This document shows positions 11,182 to 23,990 of a DNA stretch of 64,000 nt, piece after piece (the stretch's first letter is position 1; the number at the start of each line of letters is the position of its first letter). The notes beneath the pieces were generated by a model. It made no database searches and was not told the origin of the DNA. It saw only the letters and a program-made list of their open reading frames with translations. A program made the position numbers and the translations under genes. The DNA comes from Ptychomitrium polyphyllum (lineage: Eukaryota), in contig OZ316776.1 of NCBI GenBank assembly GCA_973851085.1, forward strand, positions 2,976,001 through 3,040,000. Direction: 5' to 3'.

Positions 11182-12837
11182 ATGACAGTGCCGAGAAGTC
11201 ATCGTGATTTGCCATCTGCATCTGCTGCGGAGTGCCGATTGACCGTCATGCTCTGCTTCTGCTTCACTTCACTCTGGCGAGTCTGCTTGCTCTAACTCTG
11301 TCCTCACCGTCCACTTCACTATGGATTTGCGGCGTTTCTTGGCGACGTCTTGAACGATCTCGTCATGACCGAGTGCGGTGTCGTGGAGTGACTTTGATGG
11401 ATGATCGGAGATGTGACGCTGTTGTAGGGGTGGTCGAACATCGGATTGGAAGTTTTCGGGATGAATGAACGGGAGAGAGTTCTTGCTGAGAGAATGATGG
11501 CCGGTTGCTTGATTTTGGAGTAGAATGTGCTTTTTATGTGGAGCGCAGTTGGTGTGATGGAGAGGAACGCATTGGAAGTTGATTAATTTGGAGAGGAATG
11601 CCGTCGTTCTAGCTATAGCGTTGGCGATGCCCATGGGCGTGGGAGGACATCGGTGCTTAAGTTCTGGTGTGTTTACGCTTCTCAGGTCTGCTCGGGAGGC
11701 TCCGGTATTTGCACGAGAGCTAGAATGTGTGCAGCTCCTGTGGTAGAGGCTATGAAGATGGATGACTGGAGTGGCAGTGCGAAGGAAAATGGGATCCTAG
11801 GCAGGGAAATGGCGCATTCGTTCGCAAGGTCGCTCACAATTTGTGATGTGGCGGGTGTGAGCTCTGACAATGCCATTGCGGAGATAGAGTCGAAGAAAGA
11901 GACTGGGCGTCGCCTCTGCAGGCCTCCTTTGAAGGCAAGTCCCTCCCGTTTGGAACCACTGCCTGCGAGGAGCGCATCAATTTTGCGGTGCATTCGAGTG
12001 GTGCTAAGACTGTGTCGCTTTATTGTTTACTCAAATAGACTTGCAGCAAGTGCGCTCTCTTTATCTCCTTCTAAAGTGCATTCGTTGCATGTTTGAGCTT
12101 GCATTTCATGGTTCTCATCATTCTTTCTTCTGAATCACTTTAGAAGTTTTATATTGTAACTTCACTTCGTAAACTTCGGTAAAAGTTGATCGAAATCGAC
12201 AACGGTTGAATGCCACTTTCAAGATCGCTTAGGATATATGTAGAATGCTCTTTGCTCCAGATTGTTTTCAGCAGAATGAGAATTCATTCGCACACTTTAT
12301 GATGTAACAGCCTTATATATATATAAAAATAAAAGGCTTGTTTTAATCCTTTTTTTAAAACTGTTTTCAGCTTGCAAGCCCGGTGGAAAGATGTCATGAG
12401 AAATTGCTGTCTGCAAACTCATTGTCATGGGACAATCCAAATGCAGATCCACATGGATTTCACAGATTTGCAAGTCTTATGATAGTTGTTATTGCATGAT
12501 TATGTGGTTGGCCTTATCCACTGGAAATCAATTGTTGATTCATCTGATGTCCCTCTGTAGTAGTACGCTTCATCACCCTGCGTAGTTGTGCAGTAAGGTG
12601 GACCAATCTAATGCTTGAACATACTTTTCTAGAACAGAATCGCTCAGGTTAGGAGATTTTCCATGGGAGAGAGGCTCGAATGGCAGGAAATATCCTCCAG
12701 TACTCCTGACTGGACGGAGTCTAGCAAATTTGTGGGCTTCACCTTGGTATTTCTTGCATACTTTCTTCTTATTCAGTTTTTCATTTACAGAAATGGGGTT
12801 TCCTGCAATTCCTCTCGCTTTGGAAGCACTAAGCCTC

Positions 12838-12914
12838 TTGTGCAACATTTGTGCAACATTTGTGCAACATTTGTGCAACATTTGTGCAACATTTGTGCAA
12901 CAAATGTGCAACAT
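12838..12914. repeat. 11-bp minisatellite (TTGTGCAACAT)x7
   Basis: Five perfect units followed by two units with a single mismatch each. There are no spacers. Confidence 0.95.
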
Positions 12915-15523
12915 AACAGTTATACGCTGGATGAATGACCCTGCATTATGATGAACAATACTAGAACATTACTTACGAGTTCTACAATCGTAGCAGTGCA
13001 AGGTCATACCGCTAAAGATTGTTATGAACTTGGACTAGAGTCATATGTATCTGATCTTCAGACTGCTCTCTTCCTCCACTGCTATTTAATTTGATATCCA
13101 TCTATTCGCTTGTTGACCTGCAGAAGAGAGTATTGTATATTGCATGTAATGCCAGTCACCTGCCATTGATGGTCGCCCAGGAGCGAAGTGGTACCCTTTG
13201 ATAGACACCTCCAAGTCCACTCCCTACGACTTCCTTACTGATGATGTGCCTAACATTCAGGTGGCCTTGGCACAACTTTGAGCTTCCTGAGTAGTAATTT
13301 GTATCCCATGATCAGCTTTTCCGCAATTGTTCTTGCTCTGAAAGGTGAAAACGCATTCCAGCACCTCGCCAAATTTTTAGACTGAACTTTAGAGTTCAGC
13401 GAGCTTTCTGAATCTGTAAGCATCTTGAAAAGGGCCTCTAACTGCAACTTATATTCTAGAAGCACCATCTTATCTCGAGGTTCAGAAAATTATTTGCATA
13501 CTAGAGCTTGGTTAATAAGATTTTACTTACAGCAAAGGATGTAACGCAAATGCCAGGTACCTCTTGCTATTCTTGCAAATTAATTGTGAAATTGGTGACG
13601 AAAGCGTAGACTGGATCAACCTAAGCTTGCTTGGTGTCTACTGCAGTCTTTGAAACTAGCCAACCATGATTCAGATGAACTGACTGCATGCAGCTGCATG
13701 TACCAACCTAAGTGATTACTGTAATGGGACGTGGTGTACTAACGTAGTCCTTAAGAATGATTGCTCTGAGTTTTTTTCAATTCTGGCACAATGAAAAGTA
13801 TCATTGCAAAGAATAAAAGTACAACTGCACAGCGCAGGAGCGAGCAAACCATTAATCAACCTCTCTCAATCCAATTGACCCTCCTGACCGACCAACCCTC
13901 TCTGGAGCAGAAGATGACATTCTACGTCCACACTAGTCGAAGTCACATCTTACTATTGAAAGAGAATGAATGTCATATACTCAAGTTCATTTAAGGGTGG
14001 TGCAAAACAGTTTCATACAATTGTTGATACACAAGTATTCATTTATTATTCCAATTTGATATATGAACAAAATTGTAGTAATATTTTATCTCAAAATTTA
14101 AAATAGTATCATTGTTGAAATGTAGCATCAATAACCTAAAGTCATTATTTCATTGTAAGAGTTGTCTTAGCCAACCAAAAATAATCAAGGTCATGCATAA
14201 AATTGAGCTTCAAATAATTAATTGGATCTAATACCACACACCTCTTTGGTACCACGCAAAATCACATGCATAACATAAAATAAAGTAAGTATACATGCAT
14301 TGACATTTGTGCATGCTAGCTACAATTTATTTTCTAATTTTCAATCTTAAATAAAAACATTCTACAATCATGGACTCCTTCATATCATACCATATACTAT
14401 AATACTTCCACTTCCAATTGAGTTATAGATTATATTTGAAATAATCCTCTAAATTTTGATTAGGACAAAATGCTATTATTAAAGACTTGTTCATTTGTTT
14501 CAATCCAGAAATATCAAAAGAATAGTATTAAATCATTAAAAATTTTGATAAAAGGAAATCTCTTCAAAAGGTCTTAGAGTACCTTTGGTAAACAAAGCAT
14601 GAACTTAGAATATTAAATCTAAACTTCAAATTGATATACAATGAAAAGGCTTGTATAAAACTTCCTACTAAAATATTATTAGAACCATGTGGTATATTTG
14701 TCATATCATAACTTCTTTTTGGAGGGGCTTTCAAGATCATCATATTTTTCCATCAAATTCCAAAAGCGTCTAGAAAGATATTTGCTCATTTTTATTTTTT
14801 TAAAAGAACCTTCATACTTTAAAGCAAAGAGTGCCTTAATTACTTTTGTTATATATGAATTTTGTAATATCAAGTTGAAATAACTAAACAACAAAGCTAT
14901 TATTACTATACAAGATCAAGATAAAACCACAACATTTCATTTATTAGAATAGGCTAAAGAACATTTGAAGATTCAAAAGTATCTACCTACTAATATTTGG
15001 TAATTTTCCTATTAATAAAAATTAAAATCACTAATAGTTTTTGTGCTAATTTAGCATATGATATGAAAATTAGTCTAATTGCTATAAATGAATGTGTCTA
15101 CAATACAATACAAAAGTAAATAAATAAATAAATCTCACACTATCACCCGATTCTTTCCTATCCGTATCAGAAAAGTGATCGTAGTGTTGGATCATCCAGT
15201 TTTATTGAAAAAGAAACCCAAATTTGACATACAAATCTGTAAACGTTTAATAGAAGGTTTTCATGATCCAGCTTCCTAGGAAAGATTCACACGACATTCG
15301 AGTGATCAATATCAATGGCTACCGGTACTATTTTGTAAAATTACAATTCCATAAATGATGAAAGATGGCTATAACTCAGAGCCATTAGACACTGAATTGC
15401 TATGGAGGTTACGAATTCCTCCCAGAGACTCAACTTGCTTGCGATCTCTAAGACGCATCATTGATCAAGATGAGTCGAGTCGAGATAATTAAATTGATTA
15501 ATTGTTTAAATCTACACAGCTAA

Positions 15524-15550
15524 CACCACCACCACCACCACCACCACCAC
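15524..15550. repeat. (CAC)n microsatellite downstream of PAL
   Basis: About 9 consecutive CAC units. Confidence 0.9.
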
Positions 15551-15731
15551 ATTAAGTTCCCTTACAAACTCCTCACATTCCACCGGTGTAACGTAGTACC
15601 CGAGGCCGAAAAATTGGTATGAATTGTTAGTTAGGCTCCCATTCAGAGATGTACATAGAGCTAATCAAGCTAGTTGTGCGATGATTAATCTATTCAGATG
15701 GTTTATACAACTGAACGGTGACGATATTGAG

Positions 15732-18270
15732 TTAGAATGGGCCTGGAGCGAAATGCCAGCCGTCGAGAATTTTCAGCAATGGCGCGACATGCCGACCGTC
15801 GCACATGGCGTCGTAAACCGTCTCGAAGTCACTGCCGGGTGACTGCGATTGCTCGCCCGTGAGCAACCGGGTCGCGAGCTCCGTCCTCACGAAGTCGTAG
15901 AGTGGAAATGACCTGCAGTCGACCACTCTGTTAGGCACTGCAAACACGCCATTGTCAAAATTCTCACGCGCCGCCGCCACCTTCATTTGGAGATGAGTTT
16001 TCACTTCTTCTTCGAAAGCCGGGATTTTATGGAAAATCGACAGCCCCTCGTCCGAGTTTCGATTGTACTTGAGAGCGAAATCCACGAGGATCTGCCGGAG
16101 CTTTTGCATGAGAGGGTAAGCCGTGCTCGCCGCGTCGTCGATATAGGTAAAGATGGGTTGGTGGTCGACGACCTGGAGAAGCTCCTTTTCGCAGAAGCGT
16201 GCGACCTGGAGCGCGCCGTTCACGCCGACGACGAGGGTTTTTTTCGCGGCGTTCGCGACAACAGCCTTGACGGTCGCTTGCATGGTTTCTTCGAGGTGGC
16301 GCAGGTCGACGGCTTGGCAGAGCGCGACGAGGTAGGTAGAAGTCATGAGCTTGAGAATTTCAATGGCTTCCGAGGTTTTTCGCGCGGAGATGAGGCCGAG
16401 GGAGTTGACGTCTTGGTTATGTTGCTCCGCGCTTTGGACGTGGGTGGTGACGGGGTTGGCGAGGTACAGGAGCTCGCTGGTGTAGGACGCCATGGCGATC
16501 TCAGCGCCTTTCATGCCGTAGTCAAGGCTAGGGTTTGGACCCCCAGAGAGATTGGACGGTAGGCCGTTATTGTAGAAGTCGTTGACGAGCTCACTGAACT
16601 GCGCGAACATGAGCTTGCCGATTGACGCGACCGACAGGCGCATTTGGTCCATGGCGACGCCGATGGGCGTCCCCTGGAAGTTCCCGCCATGGAGCGCCAT
16701 GTCGCGCGCGACGTCGATGAGGGGGTTGTCATTCACAGAGTTGATCTCGCGTTGAATGGAGTGAGTGGCACTGCGGATGGTTTCGATGTGGGGGCCGAGC
16801 CACTGCGGGGAAGTACGCAGGGCGTACCGGTCCTGCTTCGGCTTCTTCAACGGATCGGTGGCGTGCAGCTTCGCCGCGGCCTTCATGTAGCTACTCCCGT
16901 CCAGCACCCATTCCATCATCGCCGCTGCCTCCATCTGCCCCGGGTGATGCTTCAACTTGTGCGTCAGCGGGTCGGCGAATTCTGGCTTCCCTTGCATGAC
17001 CTCACAGAACACCGCGCTGAGAACTTCCGCCATAACGACCAACACATTCGCATCGAAACAAACCGTGGAGGCCAACCCCGACCCCACCGCCGTCCCGTTC
17101 ACGAGCGCCAACCCCTCCTTCGGCTCTAGCTGAAACGGCTTCCCAACCCCAGCAATCCGTAAAGCTTCTTCACCACTCACCTCCTTCCCATCCGCTGTGT
17201 ACGCCCGCGAATTCGTCCTCCCTGTCAAGCACCCGGCAATGTAAGACAGGGGAACCAAATCCCCTGAAGCCGTAATCGTCCCCCGAAGTGGCAACTTGGG
17301 CGTCACATTCGCATTGAGCAATCTCTTCATCGCATCTAAAATCTCCCACCGAATGCCCGAGTATCCTTGCATCAACGTATTTGTCCGCACCAGCATCGCA
17401 GATCGCGTGGTCGTTGAGGGCAAAGTATTCCCATCGCCTTTCCCTACGATGCCGGCATTCAGAAACCGAATCAACTCGCGTTGCAATTCCGCTCCTTGCG
17501 TTGTCCGACGGTGTGACGTCGCCCCAAACCCTATTATTCCACCCAAACCGTTAATCCCCGATCAGCTTGTGCCAATCATTCGAAAACACCACAAGAAATC
17601 CGCTTACCACTCTCCAGCACGCTGACTCAAACGCAAATATTGATGAGATCATCGGTATTTAAATCATCTCGACAGGAAAATCTGAGGCCTTCAGTCCTCT
17701 GTTTCAGAGATGGGCCAACTCGGTCTTAGAATTGTGTGAAGGACCTATCAAGAGGGAAATTGGGGATTGTTTTCGTGTACCTGTGGTAACGCCGTAAGTG
17801 TCAGTGCCCTTCATAGCGCATGAGAGCACCCAGTTGGAGCTTTCGTCTACGCGCGCCTTGGCTGTAGCCGCGTCGAGGACCACCTTCACCTCCGGCCTGC
17901 GTGCAATAGCAGCAACCTGTGCGACGCTGAGGCTGGCGCCCTCGAGAACCACCTCGCGGCACTCGAAGAACGTCGCCGCCATGACCTTCACCTCCTCCAC
18001 ATGGCTCCCGGACAACCCAGCTGCGACCTTCCCCCAATTCAGAGGATCATCGCATCGCCCACCTTCCCTCGCATTGCAGAGTTCGGGCCCCAACGATGTC
18101 GCCTTCGCCTTCTCTGGAAATGTGGCGCCGATGAGCCCATTCGTGTGCGGCTGCTCCACCAGCTGGAACGCCATCGCTGGTGTGGACATATGCGCCTTGT
18201 GGTTCAGTCTGGCCCCCACCGCCTCCGCCTCCACCATCGCAGCCATCTTCGCCCTCTTGTTCATCAACAT
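15732..18270 (-). CDS. PAL: Phenylalanine ammonia-lyase, 2 exons (~754-762 aa depending on start ATG 18246 or 18270)
   Basis: Exon 1 18270-17781, intron 17780-17531 (GT..AG), exon 2 17530-15732. The joined sequence reads [15 protein letters not shown]. It has the MIO-forming motif [17 protein letters not shown], plus ELIRFLNAG (Phe at the substrate-switch position, consistent with PAL rather than PTAL), [26 protein letters not shown] and [11 protein letters not shown]. Confidence 0.97.
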
Positions 18271-18367
18271 CTTCACAGCCTCTCTTCACAGCAGGTTGCT
18301 CTTCTCCACAGCTCTCATCCACCACCACCGCTCCCACCTTTCTTCTCAAACAAACTCAATCCCACAA

Positions 18368-18670
18368 CTGCCACCTTTGGTATCTAAGGCCTTCAACTCT
18401 AGAATACCCCGCTCCTTCCCTATACTTCCTCTGCTTTAAGCAAAGGAAGCGTATTGTCAGCTTCAAGTGAGAGAATCAAGCAACATTAACAGCAAGCTAG
18501 ATCACATAAGCTGTTGCAACTCTCATCCACCAACTCCCACTTTTCCTCCCAAGCTCTCTAAGCTGTCACCTTTGGTATCCAAGGCCTTCACTTCACTTCA
18601 CCTGACCTCCAGAGGTTTCTGTTCAATCAAAACCACGAATATCGTCAGCTTTGAAGAGAACCAAGCTCAT
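18368..18670. repeat. Diverged ~195-bp tandem duplication upstream of the PAL start codon
   Basis: ctgccacctttggtatctaaggccttca (18368-18395) matches ctgtcacctttggtatccaaggccttca (18563-18590) at 26/28 positions. A second matching block, gtcagctt..gagaa.caagc, occurs at ~18456 and ~18645. Confidence 0.75.
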
Positions 18671-21600
18671 CAGCTCGAGCAGGAAGTTCACTTGTACTTT
18701 CAACTAAAAATTGAAAGCATACACACAGAAATAAATGGACGTTGTCAGCAACCTCGATCACAAGGTGAAGTGAAGGTGAGGGGGGGAGCATGTTAATTAA
18801 CAAAGCCTAAAGAGTTTGCAATCGGTTACAAGTGGAAACTTTAATACCAGAATTCAGTGCAATGAGAGATCATTCTGAAGAGAGTAAGCTCGTAGGGCGC
18901 AGCTGGGCATGCAATGAACGGCCCAGCTACAAAAGAAACCAATGAGCTAAAAAGAAACCAGCTAGGGAGTCCATGGCAATGTCAACAACATCCAGTGTTA
19001 ACTTACTTACAGCTCCTGACAATGAATCCCACTATCCACTTATGCAACGCCAGTACTAGCACCCACTTACTAACAACTCTGTCATCATTCACCACACCAC
19101 CTTGCAACCACCCCTAACCTCCACATTGATGCCACAAATCAATTGCAAGCGGTGATCTGCAAAACAAGTTGACAACGAAATTCTACTAATGCAAGACAGT
19201 CACTGTGATTGAAGCAGCAATTAAAGAGCAGCACATTAGAATACAACGGCAGTGGCAGAGTAATGAACGAACCTGGGCGTGAGGGAGCAGAAGTTGGGTG
19301 ACAATAAAGAGGGTGTAGTAAAGTCCAGAGGAGAGCTGTCTGGAAAAGATGAAGAGAAGCGTTGCAGTGTTGCACTGGACTGTGAGGTTTGTTGTTTGGA
19401 GGGTAGTGTGGGTGTGTAAGTTATGTATGTCAGTGTGCAAGGAAGGAAAGAGATCTCCATTGCTTGTAATCCGTACTTGGCTTCACCATGGCCGTTGATC
19501 TGGGTCCTGGATATGTGATGCGGCCACCATCGGCCACCACTGGCTTTTCCTGGCAAATTTTCATGAAGGGCCGAAGTGGCTGGTAATGAAATTTTCGGGC
19601 CTCATGACCCACATTTGGTGTTTATTGTGCGATGAGGTGCATAACACGGTGGGAGCTTCTTACGGTGTGCACGAGCATTAGATGGGTAGACCTTTTTGTC
19701 TTTTTTTAAGTTCTAGCATTTATATCTTTGATGGATGATTTAACTAAATGGATGCATAAATCCTTTTCGTGACATTTTCGAAAAACAAGTAAAATGTGTA
19801 GAATACATAAATAGACACTCTCTGTAGATGCTGCATTCTATTGTTCATTTTGAATAAATGAACAAAAATATATATTCCAGTGTAAATATAGTGAGCTGAT
19901 AAATGTCGTGATAACGAAATAAGAAAGCTAGCATGCTATCATTAGTATTTTGATTATTAACATACAATCACAAGTAATTGCAAGGATTTGTGTGATGTTG
20001 CAATCACTATCAAATATACTGTCAAGGAACATGCAATCCCTGCAAATTAAAAATTAAAATCAGATAAGTTAAGTTAAATGATTAAATAAATAAACATAAA
20101 TAGATAAATTGTGTCATGTCTGAAATGAAGGTAGCTGTTACACTAAATTTTGATTTTTCTTGTCAGAATATAGAGTGTGTTTTTTTATGATTACCAAAGT
20201 TTGAGAAGACAGAGCAATCATAATGTTGAAACGACAAGAAGCTTTCACCTTGTCATTATCAATGGATTTCAAAAAGAACTATTACTTTGCTTATTACATG
20301 AAAAAAATTTGTCTTCATTTTATTCTATCCACATCAAAATTGAACTATTTATCTCAGGATATGGTTCTGGTGCTATTCAAATACTATGGTGCTTCTTTTT
20401 GTTACCTTAAGTGTGTCGGATCAATTTTCGCAAGTGTGAACAGGCCTTAGGACTCCAAAACATACTCACCTAAAAACTCTCATGGTTTTATTTTGGAGGC
20501 TTGAAGAAGTGAAATATGAAGTTTGGAGTGGGAACTCCAAATCAGGTGGGACTTTTGAAATGCCAACTACAGGTAGCATATGTCAACAGGTGTTGAACAC
20601 TCTAAGAATTCAATTGAGGACTGCCATCATGACAATCGAGGTCCAGCAGTGCTCACAGGCAACATCCCAAATCTCAACTCTCATGTAATTCATGAGCATG
20701 CATTCACTTCTATCATCAGGGGTTTGTATGATGACATAGGGATGCTACTGCATGTGCTTTGCTTACATGATACTGTATCATTCAAATTTCTTTGGTATAC
20801 CATTCTAGAATGAGTGTTACAGCCCTTCAAATGGGAATCAACTTAATTACAAATTGAATTTAAAATGTGTTAAAATATGCTTGAGTGTAGGTTAAAAAAA
20901 ACATTATAGATTTTCAATGGAAGGTCATTCAACACCATATTCACTACAATGGAAAATTTTGACGTTCTTACATAACCTTTGGAGTGGAGTAGATTTAATA
21001 AGGGATTAAATTTCTGGAAAATGATTGTCATGTTTTAAAAGTTATATTACAACTTTTTTGTAATCTAAAGAAGTTATCATTATAGTTCCAAAATTGTTGT
21101 TTTGTCCCATTATAATGAATAGGATGTTATTCCAAAATTGGTTTTCAAATGTTATGGAGACAATTGTAGCAATCTATGTATGCAGAAAAGAAACAAATTG
21201 CATGTCAACAAGTGAATGTGGTGGTTACCAAAACAATCTAGCATTTTTTGATAGTTGAAATAATTTGTCCTTATTTCAAAAAGTAAAAAATCAAAAAATA
21301 AGCGATAGTAAGTATATGTGAAAAATGCATATCAGTATGATTCCAACTTAATGCCTTAGAATTCCTTCAATTTTTATTGAAATAAGGTTTGGACTCTAAG
21401 AATTGCATTGTTGGAAGGTAGAACAGTGCACTTGAAAGAAGGTATTCATCAAAAAGCTCAAAAGTTATGACACCCTATTCATGAAAAAGTAAAAACTTCA
21501 AGAACGTAATTTTGACCAACATTTACATGGAAATATGGCTCAAACTAAATCACAAATAGTTTAAGCACTACTTGAACTCATTTGTCAAAAAAAAGATACA

Positions 21601-23967
21601 ATAAAATATAAAAGTCAAACACTAATTATATAAATTATTTGATTATTCTATTTCTGGTGTCTTGAAATAAACTTCAATCATGACACAAGTATAATTCATT
21701 AGAATTAATTTTTTTATTTTAAAATTTTGGTATTTACTTTGCCAAAATATATTCATTAATTTAAAGTTTTGATTCAGAAACTCAATATCTGAATGTATTG
21801 ATGATTTTACATAAAATTTGGTAATGTTTACCTTTGCCACATTTTATTCGATTTTAATTTTACACAACTTAGGTACACTTATTGCTATTCACTTTGCTAT
21901 ATTCAATCTAATATAACTTTATAAAAATTGAATAGTATACTTCAATAATCATGATACACAATTTAGCATTTAGTATGTACAAATGTATTTAAATCTTTCA
22001 AGGAATTAATTTGGAATACAAAAAATGAGTAATACATAATAATTAACATTTATATGGTATTGAATGCATGAAACCATGAATTTAAATTAATTACTAATAA
22101 CGCATGCTTTTTAAAGTTTCAAATGAATATTCTTTTTACAATAAATTAACATTTTTGAAAGGAAAATCATACCTTTAGAAGTGAATGTTAAGAAGATTTT
22201 TTCAAATGACATGTTAACATTCAAAACAATCCAAGGTATCATCTTCATCAAGTGTAGATATATTAAACACGCATTACAGGATCTAATGGTGTAAAAACAA
22301 AACATAAGAGCAAATTTTATCTTGATTCTAATTATTATGCCATGTGCTGTTGGCACAACCAATGTAAGCGCTTCATGACATAAATCCGAAGTGAAATCTA
22401 AATTTTTAGCCGTTTTTCCAAATTCCCATAATTCTCAAATCCATAATATTTGAGAATCCATAACTTCTACACCAAAAGTCTGCATAGTTTTAAAGGGTTA
22501 AGAGTTTGCTCACTTCAAGGGTCATGTGGAGAATGAGTTCACCGAGCACAAATCCTGCAGAGATCACACACAAGCTCTAAGGTGCTTGTAAGATCTTACA
22601 AGCTATAAAAATGTGTAGTGCTGGAGTGGACACATAGGCTTCAGTAGTTCCAGTGGTGAGTTATAAGTTATGCTCCAAAAACGTGAGTCCTACCTTATCA
22701 CGATCCTGCCCACTTAGTCACCCAATCGTTGCTCCACCTTCATTACGAAATTAAGTTCCACTGCAGAGTCTGGAAAAGGTCACTGTCAGTTTATTACCAG
22801 GCTGGCATTATGACACTCCGTTGTTTTTGTGATTTTTTTGGTAGACTGGTGTGAAATACTGTAAGGTAGGCGCTGTTGAAGACTGAGGAGTCAGGCCGGG
22901 GGGGACTGAAGCTCCCACAGGGTGGGCTGTGATGAGACGAGCCACGAAGACGTTCCCTTTAGTTCCCGTGTGGCGGAAGGGTGCTCAGAAAACATCCTGG
23001 GGATCCATATTGTCCACATGGCCCGGTAACCAAGGTGAACGAATCACTTCCATGCAGCCTGTGTTTTCTGTACATGTGTACTACCTGTAGGGTCTACCTC
23101 GCCCTCACCAATCTGACGCTTTCCCACCCAGCCACGTCCCCGCATGGCGTGAGGAGAGCAGACCTCGGTTCTCATCACACAACCGAGTGGGTTGTCACAA
23201 CATTCAAATGTGCCCCCTCCAAAGGAATCATTCCAAGGTAGGATTCCATTTTAGTGAGCTTGTTCCATTGAAGCTTTGAGGGGCTGTGTTCCTTCAGTCA
23301 CCCTTCTACGCTCATGCCTTCATTCACTCCCTACTCCATGCTCTAATTATCAATAATTGTTGGTTTGTCAAGTGCGGGTGGGTTGGTTCAGTTGTTAAAG
23401 AGAATTGTAGTTGTATTCAAATATGTTTCAATTTGTTTCAAAATGAACGAAATTATTTATCATTCTATAAACCACAAATTTAATTTAGAGCTCTAGTGTA
23501 TACCTTGTATTATACTTATGCATGCACATGGGAAATGCTTGTATTACTTGTGCTTGTATTTGACATTGTTACTAGCCTATATGTGTTGTGATATAATTAG
23601 TTGTATGATTTAAAATTTAGCTAGTATTTATTATTTTGTAAATTTTGATTTATTGTGTTTAAAAATAGATATTAAGAAGAAGAAAAAAAAGATATAAGGA
23701 ATATAAGGGATATAAAGGTCATGGTAAAACCATAGTTTACAATGTTTTGGAAATGGAGTTAGATCTTGTCTTAGCTTAGGATAAGAAAGGCAGTTGACTA
23801 TAGTAATTTCTTGCTTCTATTCTTACTAGCAATATTAAACCACATCGAAGCATTCCAATCAACAACTTTGACAAAAATTGAATTTGGACCAATTCAATAG
23901 TTCAAATTTATCCAATCAATTAAGTTTGTGATTTGGTATTTAATCTTCTTTTTACAATTTCGTTATA

Positions 23968-23990
23968 CTTTTTTTTTTTTTTTTTTTTTT
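23968..23990. repeat. Poly(T) tract
   Basis: About 23 consecutive T in AT-rich intergenic DNA. Confidence 0.85.

Noticed and set aside
11232..12096. Overlapping 78-147 aa ORFs on both strands
   Set aside because: No domain similarity or coherent exon chain. Probably promoter/leader sequence.
10729..12914. Two arrays of 11-bp repeats as possible CRISPR-like arrays
   Set aside because: Head-to-tail repeats with no unique spacers, in a eukaryotic context with no cas genes.
14200..15100. AT-rich minus-strand ORF fragments (KVIKALFALKYEGSF…RRFWNL), possibly viral or TE-derived
   Set aside because: Too degraded to assign by eye. It needs tBLASTx; the same applies to similar remnants at ~20900-21600, ~24600-25100, ~29800-30100 and ~62500-63400.
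15987..18470. Long + strand ORFs (191, 161, 213 aa and others) over PAL
   Set aside because: Antisense shadows caused by the high GC3 of the PAL coding sequence.
20450..20540. Weak hairpin with GAAGTTTGGAGTGGGAACTC resembling miR395
   Set aside because: There are several mismatches or indels to miR395 and the pairing does not cover the putative mature sequence. Not supportable without sRNA data.
22898..23303. GGACTGAAG / CTTCAGTC resembling miR319 arms
   Set aside because: Only 8-9 nt match, the full mature sequence is absent, and there is no continuous stem.
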